The notes: a model not told the origin generated them from the sequence alone. A stretch of DNA of 64,000 nucleotides from Bilabrum cf. latius (GCA_965178125.1 OZ237740.1:1426001-1490000); one strand, 5' to 3'; shown: positions 38,460-51,189, counted from the first letter of the stretch. Translations and numbers: made by a program.

Positions 38460-38807
38460 TCACGACGAAGACTCGTCGCCGAAGAGGCCGCCACCTCCGC
38501 CAGAGACGGACTCGTCCTCCTCCTCTTCCTCCTCCTCCTCCTCAGCAGCAGCCGCGCCGGCATCGCCGCCAGCGGCAGCAGCGCCGCCACCGCCGCCACC
38601 ACCGCCGCCGACGTTCACGAGCTTCTTGTAGCCCTCCTCGAGCAGCTCATCGAGGGACTTGTCTGCCATGGCGGCGATGAGGCGGTCGACCTCCTCACCA
38701 TCGACCTCAGCTCCAGTCACGTTGAGCACCTCGGTGATCTTGTCCTTGGTGACCTCAGCCTCCGGGTCCTTAAGCTTGAGCAGCAGGTAGGTAGCTACGG
38801 CGTTCAT
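38460..38807 (-). CDS. RPLP2: 60S acidic ribosomal protein P2
   Basis: 'MNAVATYLLLKL...ITEVLNVTGAEVD...KSLDELLEEG..KL', Gly/Ala hinge, poly-Glu, 'GGLFGD' tail. TGA stop. A TTTGCAG just upstream of the ATG suggests a 5'-UTR intron. Confidence 0.9.
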   Translation of the reverse strand: MNAVATYLLLKLKDPEAEVTKDKITEVLNVTGAEVDGEEVDRLIAAMADKSLDELLEEGYKKLVNVGGGGGGGGGAAAAGGDAGAAAAEEEEEEEEEDESVSGGGGGLFGDESSS

Positions 38808-39294
38808 ATCTGCAAAGTAGAGGAGACGAGACGCAAACAAAAGAGGACGGTCATCTGAAACCATCAGGCGTTCCCGCTACCGTAGAAACACTCTCATTCG
38901 ATATTATCGTCTTGAAACGGCACCCATAAGCCAAATGAAATACGTGATGCATTGATGTTTTTCACGCATCCAGCTTGAATGCAAATGGTAGGGCCTCAAA
39001 CCACTTTTTCGTGAGCAGCGAACACCAATAATAAAATTGCCAGCTCAGCTCCGTCCACCTAGCCACACAATCCAGATTCTAGGCAATAACGATGACCGGA
39101 ATAAATAGCATACACTCACTGCAACTATTGAGCCAACCGAATTAAGCGCAAAGGCAGGAAGACCCTTGGTTACTATGGCTCTAAGGACTGGTGGGTTTTG
39201 ATCCGATCCACTCATCACATTCGTTTGATTTTAATCGGACATGTAGCGTGCGAATAAAAAACGCAACGGACATCGACAACAATTACTGCATTAG

Positions 39295-40780
39295 ATGTCA
39301 GGTAGCCTAGCCGACGTTCAGTAGTTAAGAGAAGAAGTGAGTTTTAGATGTGTTTGTTACTGCGATCAGAGCATATCTGCAAAATTTCGCACATTTTTTA
39401 CTGTTCAACCCTCCGGTATTTTTCTTGCAGCTGGAAAGAATCAAAAAGTCAAATGACCAAGTTGAATTCGAAAATAGGATATTATAGTCTTACCTACAGC
39501 ATCACCGGGCGGAGGATGACGATGACGGGATGCCTGGTTCATCAGACCCAGTCACGCCAGCAAGTCCTGCTCGGCGCCGAAGGGGACGCAAGGCAGCGAA
39601 GATACCGACTAGACTAACAGTCGATTAGCTTCTCGAAGTCGCCCAAAGCGAGTTTGATGAGGCAGTCAGAGAAAAAGGCAAGCTTGAAAGAAATCTGGAA
39701 GAGCAAGTAGCCCGTAACCAGGCCAAGCTGGAAGAGACCAACCTTCGTTTGCAGGAAGTGGGGCGTGAGCTATTGGATTTTAATAAGCAGGTAATTCGCG
39801 ATACTGGTGATGATTTGAGTGGCAAGGTCTAGGCGGAAAAGATAGTGAAGTGGATGCAAGTCTCTGCAAAGCGGAAGCAGCAACAGGTCCAGAAGATTTC
39901 ACTGAAAACAAAGGGCCTGCAACGCTAGCGCAAGCAGCTGTAGTAGCAGCTTAAGGACAAGTAGGAAATGGGCGACGTTCTCCACTACATTGACTTTCAT
40001 CAGTTGCAGATCGAGAACAAGCAGTACATGGCTCGCATCGAGGAGAAGAATGCGCAGTTGCTGCAGCTAAAAGCCAGTACAAGCAGGGCCGTGCAGCACT
40101 TGAATGGATTGAAGAGGAAGCTGAAGGGTCTGCTCGAGGAGCAGGCTTAGTACCGTAAGGATATTCGAAGCCGAACGGACCTGCTGCAGCGGCTCCGCAA
40201 GGAGAACCAAGCTGTGGTGACCCAGATTGAGTCCCAGCAGCGGGCAGGCGAGCGCCTTGACGCCGCCGTGGAGGAGGGCGCCGACCTGCCGAGGGTACTG
40301 GACTACGTGCGCACCAAGTCGGGTCACTACGAGCGCGACGGCTCCAAGAATTCGTGGGCCCGCAAGCTGGAGATCGCCGAGATGGCGGCCCGGCAGGCCG
40401 AGGCCAGGCTGCGCACTGCACGGCGGGCTGCGGTGGCAGCCAAGCATGGGGCCGCGGGCTCATTTTCTGGGAGGAGCGGTGCAGGTGGGACAACAAACGC
40501 AGCAGGCTTGGGCGCCACACGTCTGCTGGAGGAGGACCCAGCGGCCGCCCTGGAGCTCATCGCCGGGCAGCTCGAGGCAGCGGCGGCCTCGGATGGGCGC
40601 AAGGCAGGGAGGCCCGGCCGCGCCGGTGCTTCGGCTGTGGCTGCGAAGCGCACGGGCGTGGCGGGCGCCCCAGTACGCACTGTGGCTGGTGCCCGGGGCA
40701 TGGGTGGCCGCGGCCAGCTGCTTGCAGGCTCCCTGCGTTAGTACAACCCTGCGTGGGGTGGCACCGGGGGCCTCGGATAA
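39295..40780 (+). CDS. CCDC113: CCDC113/CFAP263-like ciliary coiled-coil protein (DUF4201) (~463 aa); requires TAG=Gln
   Basis: join(39295..39336,39431..40780), intron GTGAGT...TTGCAG. 'LTVD*LLEVA', 'EMGDVLHYIDFHQLQIENKQY..RIEEKN..LLQLK', 'LPRVLDYV', 'SWARKLEIAEM'. About 10 in-frame TAG, including TAGTAG at 39941. Stop TAA at 40778. Confidence 0.82.
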
Positions 40781-40911
40781 GCGGTCAAGAGTTGCCTAGA
40801 CTATCTAGTGGTGGATTGCAGGAATCATCCTAGATCATCGTTCAGTGATACAAAGTTACCATTACATTGGCTGCTTGCTTAACTTCAACATATCACAACG
40901 CTCTTAAGCGA

Positions 40912-43900
40912 TCACGCCTTGGCTGCTTTGGGGCTGCCCCAAGACGGGGGACCCGGCAGAGCATCCGGCACGGGTCCGTCTGCCCCACGCAGCGTCTTCC
41001 TGCCCCCAGCCCCGCCCACGCCGGAGCCCTGGTCCAGTCCGAGGATATCCTCTTCCTGTCCCTGTCCCTGCTCCTGCCCCATCTCCTCGTCCTGGAACCC
41101 GAACGTGTCCTCTTCCTCGTCCACCTCTGCGCCTGCCGAGCCCAGGATGCTGTCGTTCACCTGCCTTCCAGCGCCATCCACCCGCCTGTAAGACGCAGCA
41201 GCACCGCCGGCTGACGACCCAGTCCATGATGCCCCAGCCCCAGCTCCCGAGCTAGACTTGCCGCCGCCCGACCTGAACCCGCCCCCCCCGCGACTGATCG
41301 CGCGCCCGGCGGCCTGCACGGCCCACATTCCCGCGCTTCCCATCGCGCGAGCAGCCCCCCAGACCCAAGCCAGGGGAGACTGCCCGCGCCTGCTGCTGGA
41401 CGACCCCACGCCCCCGAGACCGGCGCTCTGCCCCTTGCCCTTGCCCCCAGCGAATGCGCACTGCACAGAACAGAGGGCCGCCACGAGGACGAACACGAGG
41501 AAGAACACCACCCAACCGCTGTGGCTCACGCGGTGGTGCCATTGTGTGTTGGGGCACGGCACCCAGGCCATTGGGTGCTGCACGCCGCCCTGGCACGTGT
41601 CTCCCGCCACCTTGCGGTACCCAGTGGATACCTCGAAGTTGGTACCCACAGGACAGGGGAAAGGGGCCATCTCGGTGTAGTTGATGTGCACGGCCAGGTC
41701 CCGCACGCACGGCCCCCCGTCAAGCTCCCTGGAGTACCCGAAGTCGCACTCGTAGTCTTTCTCCGTGCACGCGCAGTGCCGCACCTCGTGCTTGCGCTCC
41801 ATTTGCTCGCCATTGAAGCACACTGCGTCCCTCTTTCGGCGGACGTACTGCACCTCGTGCCCCAGCAGGCAGCCGTCCTACGAGTCGGTGGCGCTCGGGC
41901 TCCACAGCTCGTAGTCGGACCCATCCTGCCCCGGGCGGTCTGCGCCGATGCACGACCGCGTGTGCAGCCCCTCGAAGTTGAGGTGGAAGATGGATCCCTC
42001 CCGGTTGCCGCCCTTGCCCTTGCGCGTCCCGTAGATCACGAAGGACTGCGACACTGCGTCGGGCTCGATCATGATGTTGTCCACCAGGACGGGCGTGTCG
42101 GTGAACTTGTACGTCTCCCAGGTGAGACCCTCGTTCCACGAGTAGACCACTTCGGTGACCTCTTTCTCGTCAAAGGCCATCACGATGAGCGCCCCATGGT
42201 CCCCGATCTCGTAGATATGCGACCCAGCCGCCACCTCGAACCATTCCTGGCCGCCATCCCGGCTCAGGTACGTGTTGATCTGCTCCTCGAGCAGACACAG
42301 CGAGGGACCCACGCACCCGGTGGCCATTAGCAGGCCAACCGCGTTCTTCACGGTGTAGATGGGCCCATACACGTCCGTAGTGCCGTGCAGGTGCAGAGAG
42401 CAGTGGTCCGACTTGTCATTGCCCCCATGCGGGCACACGATTGGCTCCCCTTTCGAGTTCGTCTTGGGTGCCTTGACATACTCCCACACCCCGCCCTTAT
42501 CGAAGGTGATCACGGTGCGAATATTCTCCTTCGGCCTTGGCTTGGTGCCCCCGCGCTTGGAGGTGGACGTCTTCTTGCCACCCTCGCCCTCCTGCCCCAT
42601 GGGGCTGCCGCCGCCCTGCTCGCGCTCCCACTTCTCGATGTCCGCCGCGTTCTGCACGAAATTGGCCACGTACACGCCCTCCAAGCTGTGCAGCTTCTCG
42701 AAGTCGCACTTGCCGCTTTCGTCGCGCCGGTTGTAGGGCAGCGAGAGGCTGAAGCCCGTCCCCTGGCTGTTCGAGAGGTACACGTTGCCCCAGCGCGCGT
42801 CGTCGCCACCGTGGTTCACGTGCAGGAAAACCGAGTCCTCCGAGGTATCCAGGATGGTGTATGAGTGCTGCTGCATCTCGAAGGGCATGCGAGAGGCCCG
42901 GAACGTGCGGCCGCCGTTGGGCGACAGCAGCAGGCTCACCGCCAGCTTCTCCCCGCCGGCCCCTCGCACGACCTGCATGGTGCTCCCGGTGCTTCCCTGG
43001 GAGCTCCCGTCCTCCTGGACAGCCTGCACCTGTGCTACGGCGAGGTACTTCTCGGTGAAGAGGAAGCGATTCCCCCTGGGCACGAGCACCTTGCGGCTCA
43101 TGAAGCCGTCCACAGAGAGCACAAAGTCCACGCGCACGTCCCAGCTGCCGAACGACTGCGGGCCCGATTGCTCACGGAGAACCGTCGCAAAGATCGAGTC
43201 CGGGGGCAGGCCGTCCGCTGCCGCCCGGGGCAGCGTGTGCGCCCAGTCGAACTGCACCACGTAGTTGGCTACTCGGGTCCAGTCTTCCCCTCCGTTCCTC
43301 GATATGTACAGCTGCTTGAAGCACTCACCCTCCACTTCGGCGCTGACGCACCGACGGGTAAGAGAGGCTGCCATGATGATCTAGCTCGAATGCGGGTGCA
43401 GCTTCACCTCCTGCAGCGACTCGTGGTGAGAGACGGCCTGGTACGTATGACCCGCATCGCTCGTGATCACGTGCAGCCCGTGCTTGCCGACGAAGAATAG
43501 TGTGTTCGGGTCTGCATCCGACTGGATGACCTCCACAATGTGGTTCAGCGAGCGCGCCGTGGGCCTGTGCTTCCACTGCATCCCTTGGAAGCGCTGCATC
43601 TGGTCTGCCCACGACTTGCCCCCGTCCCCGCTCCGCGTCAGCTGCCCTTTGCTGCTCAGCATGAAGATCACCTCTCCTTTCGGGCCCGCCCAGGACAACT
43701 CCTCAATGGGCGAATCCACAGACTTCTCCGTCACGGCAATATTCTGCGACCGCTACGGAGCCGGCTGCTGGGGCTCCGGCGCCGGCGGAGCCGGCGCCGG
43801 CGCAGCAGCCTGCGGTTGCTGGGGCGCGGCCGCGGGCTGCGCCTGCACAGGAGGTGCCTGTGGTGTATACGCCTGGAATTGCTAGTAAGCGGGGGCGTTT

Positions 43901-44169
43901 GCTGCAGGCGGCGCCTGTGTTTGCGCCTGCTGTTGCGGTTGAATGACAGCTCCAGAGCCAGGTTGCTGCTGAGGCACCTGTTGTTGCTACTGCTGCTGTA
44001 CATACGGCTGTGCCTGCTGCTACACAACATTCTATGTAGCTGCCTGCTATGCCGGCTGCTGTACTGGTGGTGTTACCTGCTGATACACCTGCTGTCCCTG
44101 GTTATTGCCCTGTCCAGCACCGAAAGTCAGCAGGCTTGCCGCGATAAGCAGAGCCCCGCAGGATATCAT
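40912..44169 (-). CDS. VPS10: VPS10/sortilin family sorting receptor (~1085 aa); requires TAG=Gln
   Basis: Signal peptide, Gln/Pro-rich segment, Asp-box repeats (SGDGGKSW, SRNGGEDW, TFDKGGVW, SRDGGQEW, SWNEGLTW), 10CC 'CLLG...CACTEKDYECDFGY...GYRKVAGDTCQGG', TM segment, and a cytosolic 'YRRV' plus acidic cluster. TAG at 41878, 43381 and several in the Q-rich region. TGA at 40912. Confidence 0.92.
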
Positions 44170-44615
44170 AGTCCTGCAGCACAGGTCGAATAGGAATTAA
44201 ATAAATAAATCGTAGTATGCAGATGTAAGATACGGGAGCTCAACTTGCCAGATGTTCATCATGAACAACCACTGCTGGCTCTATCACGAGCACAAGGCCA
44301 TTCAGCGACATTGTGAAAATATTCAGGGATTATCTCACACTTTAACGCCAGTATAATACAGTTTAAATCCGAGTACACTATAACGGCCGCGGCTGGCCGC
44401 TAGCTGTAGAACAAATTGGGAGTGGAGAATGGCGACGAAGAAAATACAAATCTGTGTAAAATCAATTGTAACGAGTTGTTTTAATCCCGCCACCGAAGCG
44501 GTAAAGCCAGGCTCGTCTGTGGCGACCCGACCAGTCAGGGCGTGCGTGCTGCTTTAATACCCGATATCCGTGCACAGTAACGAATTTTTTGCCTTTTGTG
44601 AAGCCAATGATCAAA

Positions 44616-46630
44616 TCAAGTGGACATTGCAGCCTGCCCGCTGCCCGCCCCACCAGCCGACGCCCCTGCCCCTCCAGCCGCCGATCCACTCGCCTCCACT
44701 GGTAGGAACATTGTGATGGTCACAGTCATGTTGTCCGCGGAGGTTCCGAAGTGCTTGTGCGCGAGTTTCTTGTTCTCGTCCATGAGCTCCACGCTCAGCT
44801 CCTAGGCGTCCCTCCCGTCGAACCGGGCCGGCGCAAGCACCCAGGCCGAGAGCTCCTCAAACTTCCAGTTGTCCCACACGCCGTCCGAGCACGTGGCGAG
44901 CGCAAACGCCGACTTGTGGACGGGGGTCACGGCTCCCGTCCCTGCATCTGCATTGGCCAATCGCACCCACTTGACCTCGGGGACGTGTCTGCGGTGAGAT
45001 GGTCGATGTATCGAGGGACAGAGTGATGAAGAGGATGGAAGGGAGGGGGGCATCCGGTGCGCCTGCAGGGCACAATAAATGTGACACTATGTAACGAATG
45101 CGGTACAAGCCTCGAACGGCTGGTCTCACGAAACCCCGTAAGACTGTAGGTGGAAGTCCCCAAGAGACCGTGTGAAGGCGAGTGCGTCCTGGAAGCGGGC
45201 CATGGGCGGGGTGGCCACCAGCGTGGCCCACTCGTTGCGCACGTTCTTGTAGTACTGCCCGCGGTTTGTGATGGACAGCTGACGAGACACGGGATCCCTC
45301 GCGAATATGTCGGGGCAATTGGTCTTGGCCGACGTGAGCGTGTCGTACACGAACGACAGCTAAGGCGAGAGCCCGGCCCTGTCGGCCTTGCTGGGGTGAG
45401 AGGCGCGCATGCGCTCGTACTCGCCGGGGTTCTCTGGCCCGTGGTCGGCCGACATTTCCCACCCAGCCACGAGCAGCTTGGGGCTGGCAGCCACGCATGC
45501 CTCGCACCCGTCGGGCACCGCAGACGAGTCTAGGGAGGGCGAGGTGGACGAGGAGGAGCCATCACCTGCGCTGGCCCCTCCCACCGCGGCGCCCACTACG
45601 CCACCAGCGTCCGGCAGCACCGCCTCAGGGCCCATAGCTTCCAGCCCGGACTCGCCCGCGACGGCCTCCTCCCGCGGCCAGGTGTCGATGGGCTGCAGCG
45701 GGAAGGTGTCTGAGCTAGCCCCACACATGACCGCGCTCGAGTCGCCGCAGTTGGCGATGACCATCAGGCGACCGTCCAGCACCGCCACCAGAGTGGCTGT
45801 GGTGCCACCGTGCACGCACATGGCGGGAGCCCCCGGGCCTGCCGATCTCTGCCGGAGCAGGAACCCCCCCGTGGGGTCCTTGACCACGTGCCACCCCTGG
45901 TCCCGGTAGTGCCGGACAAACACCTGCGGGGGAGTTAAGGCGCCTATCGGGAAGAAATGAATACGACGACGCAGCAGGGCTTGGGTAACGTGCGCATGAA
46001 CCGAATGCCAAGGTGCCAAAGGGCTCCAGGAGCTCGCTGCTCTGCCAGCTCCCTGCAGCACAACCACCTCAATAATACAATGCTCACTGCCTCGATGTGC
46101 TCGTGGGCGAGAGCAAACTTCGCGCGAAGCGTCGCTTCGGGATCCGCCCTGAGCTGTTTGAGCGATTCTGCCTTGGCAAACTCCTTCTGAATGCAATCGC
46201 GTGCTGCCTCCCCGGCCTTCCGACCGAGCTCACGACCGTGGCCGTCAAACACGCCAATCACAACGGTACCTCGCCCCAAGTCCGCCTTGAAAAACGCATC
46301 CTAGTTCACCTTACCAGGGACCCCTTCATCAGTGATACCACCCAAGCGAATTGCATACGGGGACTTCACAGAACCACCAGCCAAGGAGCCCCCAGACTTG
46401 GCAGCGCCCGCAGTTTCACTTGACCCTGCGGCCTCTTTCACGCCAAAGGCAGACGATCCAGCAGGTGATGCAGCTGAAAGCCCTCCACCAAATGCTGCGA
46501 GGATATAATTGCATCAATAATCCATCAAGCTGGCCGGAGTCGACATGCGCGCGATAATCTGAAGTGGAATCCGAGTACCGTCTGATTGGCACCCTACGTC
46601 AACGCCAGAGCGCGGTTCGTAAAGCTCCAT
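44616..46630 (-). CDS. PP2C/PPM-family protein phosphatase (~541 aa); requires TAG=Gln
   Basis: complement(join(44616..44988,45130..45923,46088..46494,46579..46630)). 'KVN*DAFF', 'GVFDGHG', 'GGTTAT', 'ANCGDS', 'DH.P', 'LAFTRSLGDF', 'SDGVWD', 'ADNMT'. TAG at 46301, 45360, 44802. TGA stop. Confidence 0.87.
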
Positions 46631-46952
46631 GCAGCGCAAGATCGTAGATTTATTTACATGCACTCAATGATGTTGTCCCAACCACAAAGCATGGCAGCGC
46701 GCTGGAGAAACAACCTCGGATCTCACAGCCAGGAACGTCTGCTGCTCCTGACAGCTGCCTCGTCAGAGCTGGTCGAGCTGATAAATCGCTCGCAGCCATG
46801 AGTACTAACTGTGTCGTAACGTGAGTGGATACAAACTTCTTGCTGGTGCAAGAAGGAAAAGATCGGGGTGGTAGCTCGATCCGGTTCGCACGAATATTGT
46901 AAGGTGTGTTCTTGGCGAAACCGATCCGGTTAAGATCCACTCGAATCAGGCC

Positions 46953-47587
46953 ATGGCCGCCGTGGGTGGTGATGCGGCCGGAGATGACAGTCAATCAGAG
47001 ACACTACTATATGAAGAATAGCTTAGAGGCGTTCGGGCTGTTGTTAAAGATGAAACTGGGTAAGTATTTAGGCTGGACTGCTGCACTCCGAATCCAACGA
47101 TTGGATTCTTACTTTTTCGTGCCGTGCTGCATGGTGAGGCTGTTTTCAACGCAGGAAGGTTGTCTAGTACGTAAAAATGGGATGTCAGGGTCAGATGCGC
47201 GTTACAACCGGGGGGAACTTTATTTTGGAGGAAACTGGCTGCTGCTGCTGCGCAACAGCAATCAACATCCCTTGCTCTGCAGTGGGGGAGATGTCAGTCG
47301 GTACTTCCTTCTCGGATTCTAACGTGTATTTCTCGCCGTGTTCTTGTGGATCATGCTCGGGTGAGGTTCTGACAGTTCGAGGGACATATCGTGGAACGCA
47401 GTTTGCAATGGGTATCGTTTCGGTGAGTGCCGACGAGCTCCAACAAAAAATCTCAAAGGCAAGGATGTGGTGCGATGCACAACCTGACGGTGCGAGCCCT
47501 GGCGGGATTGGGCAAGGCTTTCGAGCGACCGCGTAGACCAGGAATATGGGTGGAGCGGGCGCAGCGGCTGCATCGCAGGGCAAGTGA
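46953..47587 (+). CDS. Small Cys-rich hypothetical protein (~179 aa); requires TAG=Gln
   Basis: join(46953..47059,47155..47587), intron GTAAGT...ACGCAG. 'GCCCCA' and 'CSCGSC'. Three TAG; TGA at 47585. An extra upstream exon from ATG 46798 is possible. Confidence 0.5.
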
Positions 47588-47685
47588 TGGATTTGCGGTG
47601 TTGTATCAGACATATGAGTATGATTTCCAAAACCATATTTGATCTTCATGTGGTGCCTGCACCGGGCAAAGTGAATTGTGCTGCT

Positions 47686-49800
47686 TCAAGAGGCAGCGGC
47701 AGGCGGCAGCTCGACAGCAATGCCGATGCGCTGGCACGCCCCGATACAGGTCTTGAGGGGCTTTTGAAGATCCTCCACAAGCGGACCGAACTATTCTTTG
47801 TATCCATGTTCCATTCCCGCCAGCGCCCCCTCCAGCAGGTGCAGCCTGGTCGCGAGGGCATGCCCGATCCGTTGCGCGTGCTCAGGGGCTGGTGGTGCAG
47901 CGATTCCACCCACCGAGCCCGCAGAGGCCACCATGCGCCAGGCCGCTGCCATGAGCTCTGCATTGGCCGCTGCACTTTCCACGCACCAGGACCGATAAGC
48001 CTCCGGGATGGACATGCGGATCCCGTGCTGATCCACTCCTCCAGCCTCAGCCTGCTCTCCCACACCCCCCGCACGCCCAGCAGCAGTGCGGCGCTGGGCC
48101 AGACTGCCTGCCCTCGAGAGGTGCAGAGAGACGCTTGCAGCTGCTTTTGTGAACGTTGGGTCCGGTGAGAGCACGCGGGCACCCACCATAGTAGTTTTCT
48201 TCGGGTGCTGTGCGACAGAGCCCGTGTGGATGGTACCATTAGGTCGCACCGTTGACCGGCGACCGCTAGCGCCCGGCAAGCGCGGGGGAAGGAGGTCTCG
48301 CGGCAAGCTGTCCCCTTGTCCGCCGTGCTAGCTCAATGACCCTGCGCCCGCACCATCTCGGGCACTACCATTACCAGGCCCGGGCCTGGAGGGCACCAGC
48401 TCCTCCAGGCCCTCCTCGCTCTCCACTGCAGGGCCCCTTGCACCCAGGCCGCACCCTCTCGCCCGTTTCCCGCCGCTCCTATCCTCCTCCAGCACTGCAG
48501 CCCCGTACCTATTCAGTGAGTCAAACACGCCCTCCGCCTCGGCGTCCCGGGCCAGCACACGCACCGCGTCACGGGTGCTGCTCCTGCCCGCACCACCACC
48601 CCCGCCTCGATCGAGAGAACCTAGTGCAGCATCATCGGGTGCGTAAAGGCGGGCCGCCTCCCCAGTGCCAAACCCGGACCTGTATCTGTAGTCCCCACTA
48701 AGTCTCTCCTCCAGTGATGCGGTCAGATCCGTCACGGTAGTTGAGAGTGCTTGTCGAGCACCCGAGTGCCGCGCCTCGAGGACTGCAATCTCTGCCACGT
48801 GCCTGGCATCTTCTCGGAGCCAGGCATCCACAGCTCCACCCTTGATGCCGCGAAAGAATCTATCTGGATTGCCTAGCAAATCCGCGAGCATAGCACTGCG
48901 ACCCGAGGACGTCGTTACGTCCACGCCATCGAGCGCGATGCCTGGCGCTGGCCGGGGCTACCCGCCTGATGGAGCCCCAATCGATGCAACTGCCCCTGAC
49001 ACTTGCGATTCTACTATTCCCCATGTGCGCGCGTCTCTTCCTATGTCTCTGTCCTGTCGCGCTTGCATGTACCGTCCCCAAAACTCCGCTGGAGACATGG
49101 GCTTTGCCGATTTGCTCGGTTTGGAGGCAGCAGGATCGATGGGAGGGGAGACCTTACCCAGCACAAACTTCTGGTAGGCCTTCAAGGTAATTGGTTCCTA
49201 ATAAAATATCTGTGCTGCTTTCGCTTGATCCACGCGGATGGTCGACTTGCCTCCTTTCACCTCGTCGATCCGGCTGTCTGGCGGCTGGGACGGCAGTGTG
49301 GAGCCCGCGGATACTTTCGCTTCCAAACCATGAAGCTTCAGCAAATCTTGCCGTCGTGCCCAAAAGTCATCCTCTGTGACCAATCCACTTTCAACAAACT
49401 TTGAGAACTCCTTGCGCAAGGCTGAGCTGCGCTGCATTGCAGTCGCCCTCAAGGCCGCTTCCGCGCCAGAGTCTACTGAGCTAACCCCAGCTGAGCGGAT
49501 TGACTTAATTGTGACCAATAGTTGAACTACTGCGGCCTTTCGTTCGTCGGCAGAGACCTCCCCAGCCGTGGTAAAAAACCGCAAAACGTGGCCAGGTCCA
49601 TTCTTTGCCTCTGAGAGCAACAATTTTGCTTCGCCTTTGCGCTGCAATATTGAATGCACTTTGCATAAATCAATTATCGCGGTTTTACTCCCATGCGCCC
49701 ACGTTGCTACCCGGGCTTGCTAACTAATCGAAAGGTGCCCACGTCTACCCTTCGTGTCCGGGCCAAGGAGAGGTCCTTTCACGATTTCGCACAACGACAT
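47686..49800 (-). CDS. GTF2H1: TFIIH subunit p62 (Tfb1/GTF2H1)-like, BSD domains (~704 aa); requires TAG=Gln
   Basis: PH-like N-terminus, BSD-type segments 'FVESGLVTEDDFWARR' and 'QIFY*EP...KAYQKFV...MSPAEFWGRY', C-terminal 'ELMAAAW'. TAG at 49720, 49198, 48958, 48328, 47791; TGA at 47686. Confidence 0.75.
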
Positions 49801-50109
49801 TATGCAGTAGTTAGAAGGCCGTGCACTTGCCGCGAGCTGGAGTCTTGAGTTGTTAGCAAATGCGGCTTGGTTGAGAGCAGGAATTCTGGTGTGCAGTGTG
49901 ACGACTTGCTGCTGTGCGAAGTGGCACGGATCCATGCAGCGGACCGTAGACTACCACGGCCCGTGCATGCTGCCCCGCATGTCCACAGCCCATCCTCATT
50001 ACACATCCATGCATCCTCACATGCACAGCCACTCCGCCTCCCTCACTGCCTGCAGCCCTTGTCCTAGCCACGGACTGGCTGTAGGCCACGCGGCGAGAGA
50101 CCACCAGCC

Positions 50110-50157
50110 AGGCCAAGGCAAGGCAAGGCCAAGACAAGGCCAAGACAAGGCCAAGGC
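50110..50157. repeat. Short degenerate (GGCCAAG/GCAAG/ACAAG) tandem repeat in the region upstream of the H1-like ORF
   Basis: 'ggccaaggcaaggcaaggccaagacaaggccaagacaaggccaagg' read directly from the sequence. Confidence 0.6.
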
Positions 50158-50382
50158 GTGTGGCAGACCCGATGAACCCTCGCGCACACGCGCAATGCTG
50201 CTTTCCCCAGCCTCCTGGCCCCCGCCTGCGCTTCGGCGGCGCTGCGAGCTCCGGGTTCGCTGGGCCACATGGAACCTTCCATCCTCGCCGCGGAAAACGA
50301 ACAACCTCCCGTCACACGGCCTTTCCGTGACACGCCGGCCCAATCCTCACACTTACCAACGCAAACACAAACACACACAGAC

Positions 50383-50535
50383 ATGCCAAGCAAGTCAGGA
50401 AAGGCATCTGCAGGAAAGGGCAAGGCTAAGGCCGAGGCCGCGCCCAAGAAGGCCGCCGGAGCCAAGAAGGGAGGCGCCAAGAAGGGAGGCGCCAAGAAGG
50501 GTGCGGCAGCTGCTGCGGCTGAGAAGTCTTCCTGA
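50383..50535 (+). CDS. Very small Lys/Ala/Gly-rich basic peptide (50 aa), histone H1 tail-like
   Basis: MPSKSGKASAGKGKAKAEAAPKKAAGAKKGGAKKGGAKKGAAAAAAEKSS*. Strong AAG/GCC codon bias. Preceded by an acceptor-like '...acacacag' two bases before the ATG. Confidence 0.6.
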   Translation: MPSKSGKASAGKGKAKAEAAPKKAAGAKKGGAKKGGAKKGAAAAAAEKSS

Positions 50536-51189
50536 GTCTAGATGGACACGCGGACAGGCGCCATCGACACGTGGAACATCGCACAGGTCGAGCGGGCCCA
50601 TGCGAGCGGCGAAGCCACGCCAGGATCGCCGCCTTTCGACACCCGAGCTGCTCTTGTTTCTGTGGCTGGATACGCGCGTCTCTTTTGACTTGATACGTAC
50701 ACGTACTATTGCTGCATGATACACACGATACCAGTGATGCCATGGCATTGTGGCTCTCTCCAATGCGATCTCATCGAACACGCGACATCTCCAATCAGAT
50801 CCATCCACACCCGTCCTTGCGACCAAGCCGACCAAGCCGCGCCCTCCACGACCCCTGAGCCTGGACCCCTGTATGATCGCCAGAGTCAGGGCGGCCCTCA
50901 GCTCATCCGTGCTATTGTGCACCGCCATTTATGCACGATTCAATCGCACCGACAAGATTCAATGATCAATCGGCCAACCAGACCTCCAGTCGTGACTGCA
51001 CAGGGCAGTCTGCACCGCCAAGGATGGGCTGGTGCGTACCTCGGCAGGGGACCACACCGAGTCTCACCCCATCCCGACGTTCCTATACGGCGAACTACCT
51101 GCGTCCCCCGCTGCCTCCCTTGGCAGACTAAACCCCCCTCCAGAGCCGCACCGCAGTAGATATCCCTTCCTGCACCCGCACACCGTGCG

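Noticed and set aside
39040-39222. Possible box C/D snoRNA on the minus strand upstream of RPLP2 (GTGATGA ... CTGA, with an 11-nt stretch CCTTAGAGCCA resembling an LSU rRNA complement)
   Set aside because: There is no D/D' box directly after the putative guide and no clear terminal stem. It cannot be supported without an Infernal or snoscan search.
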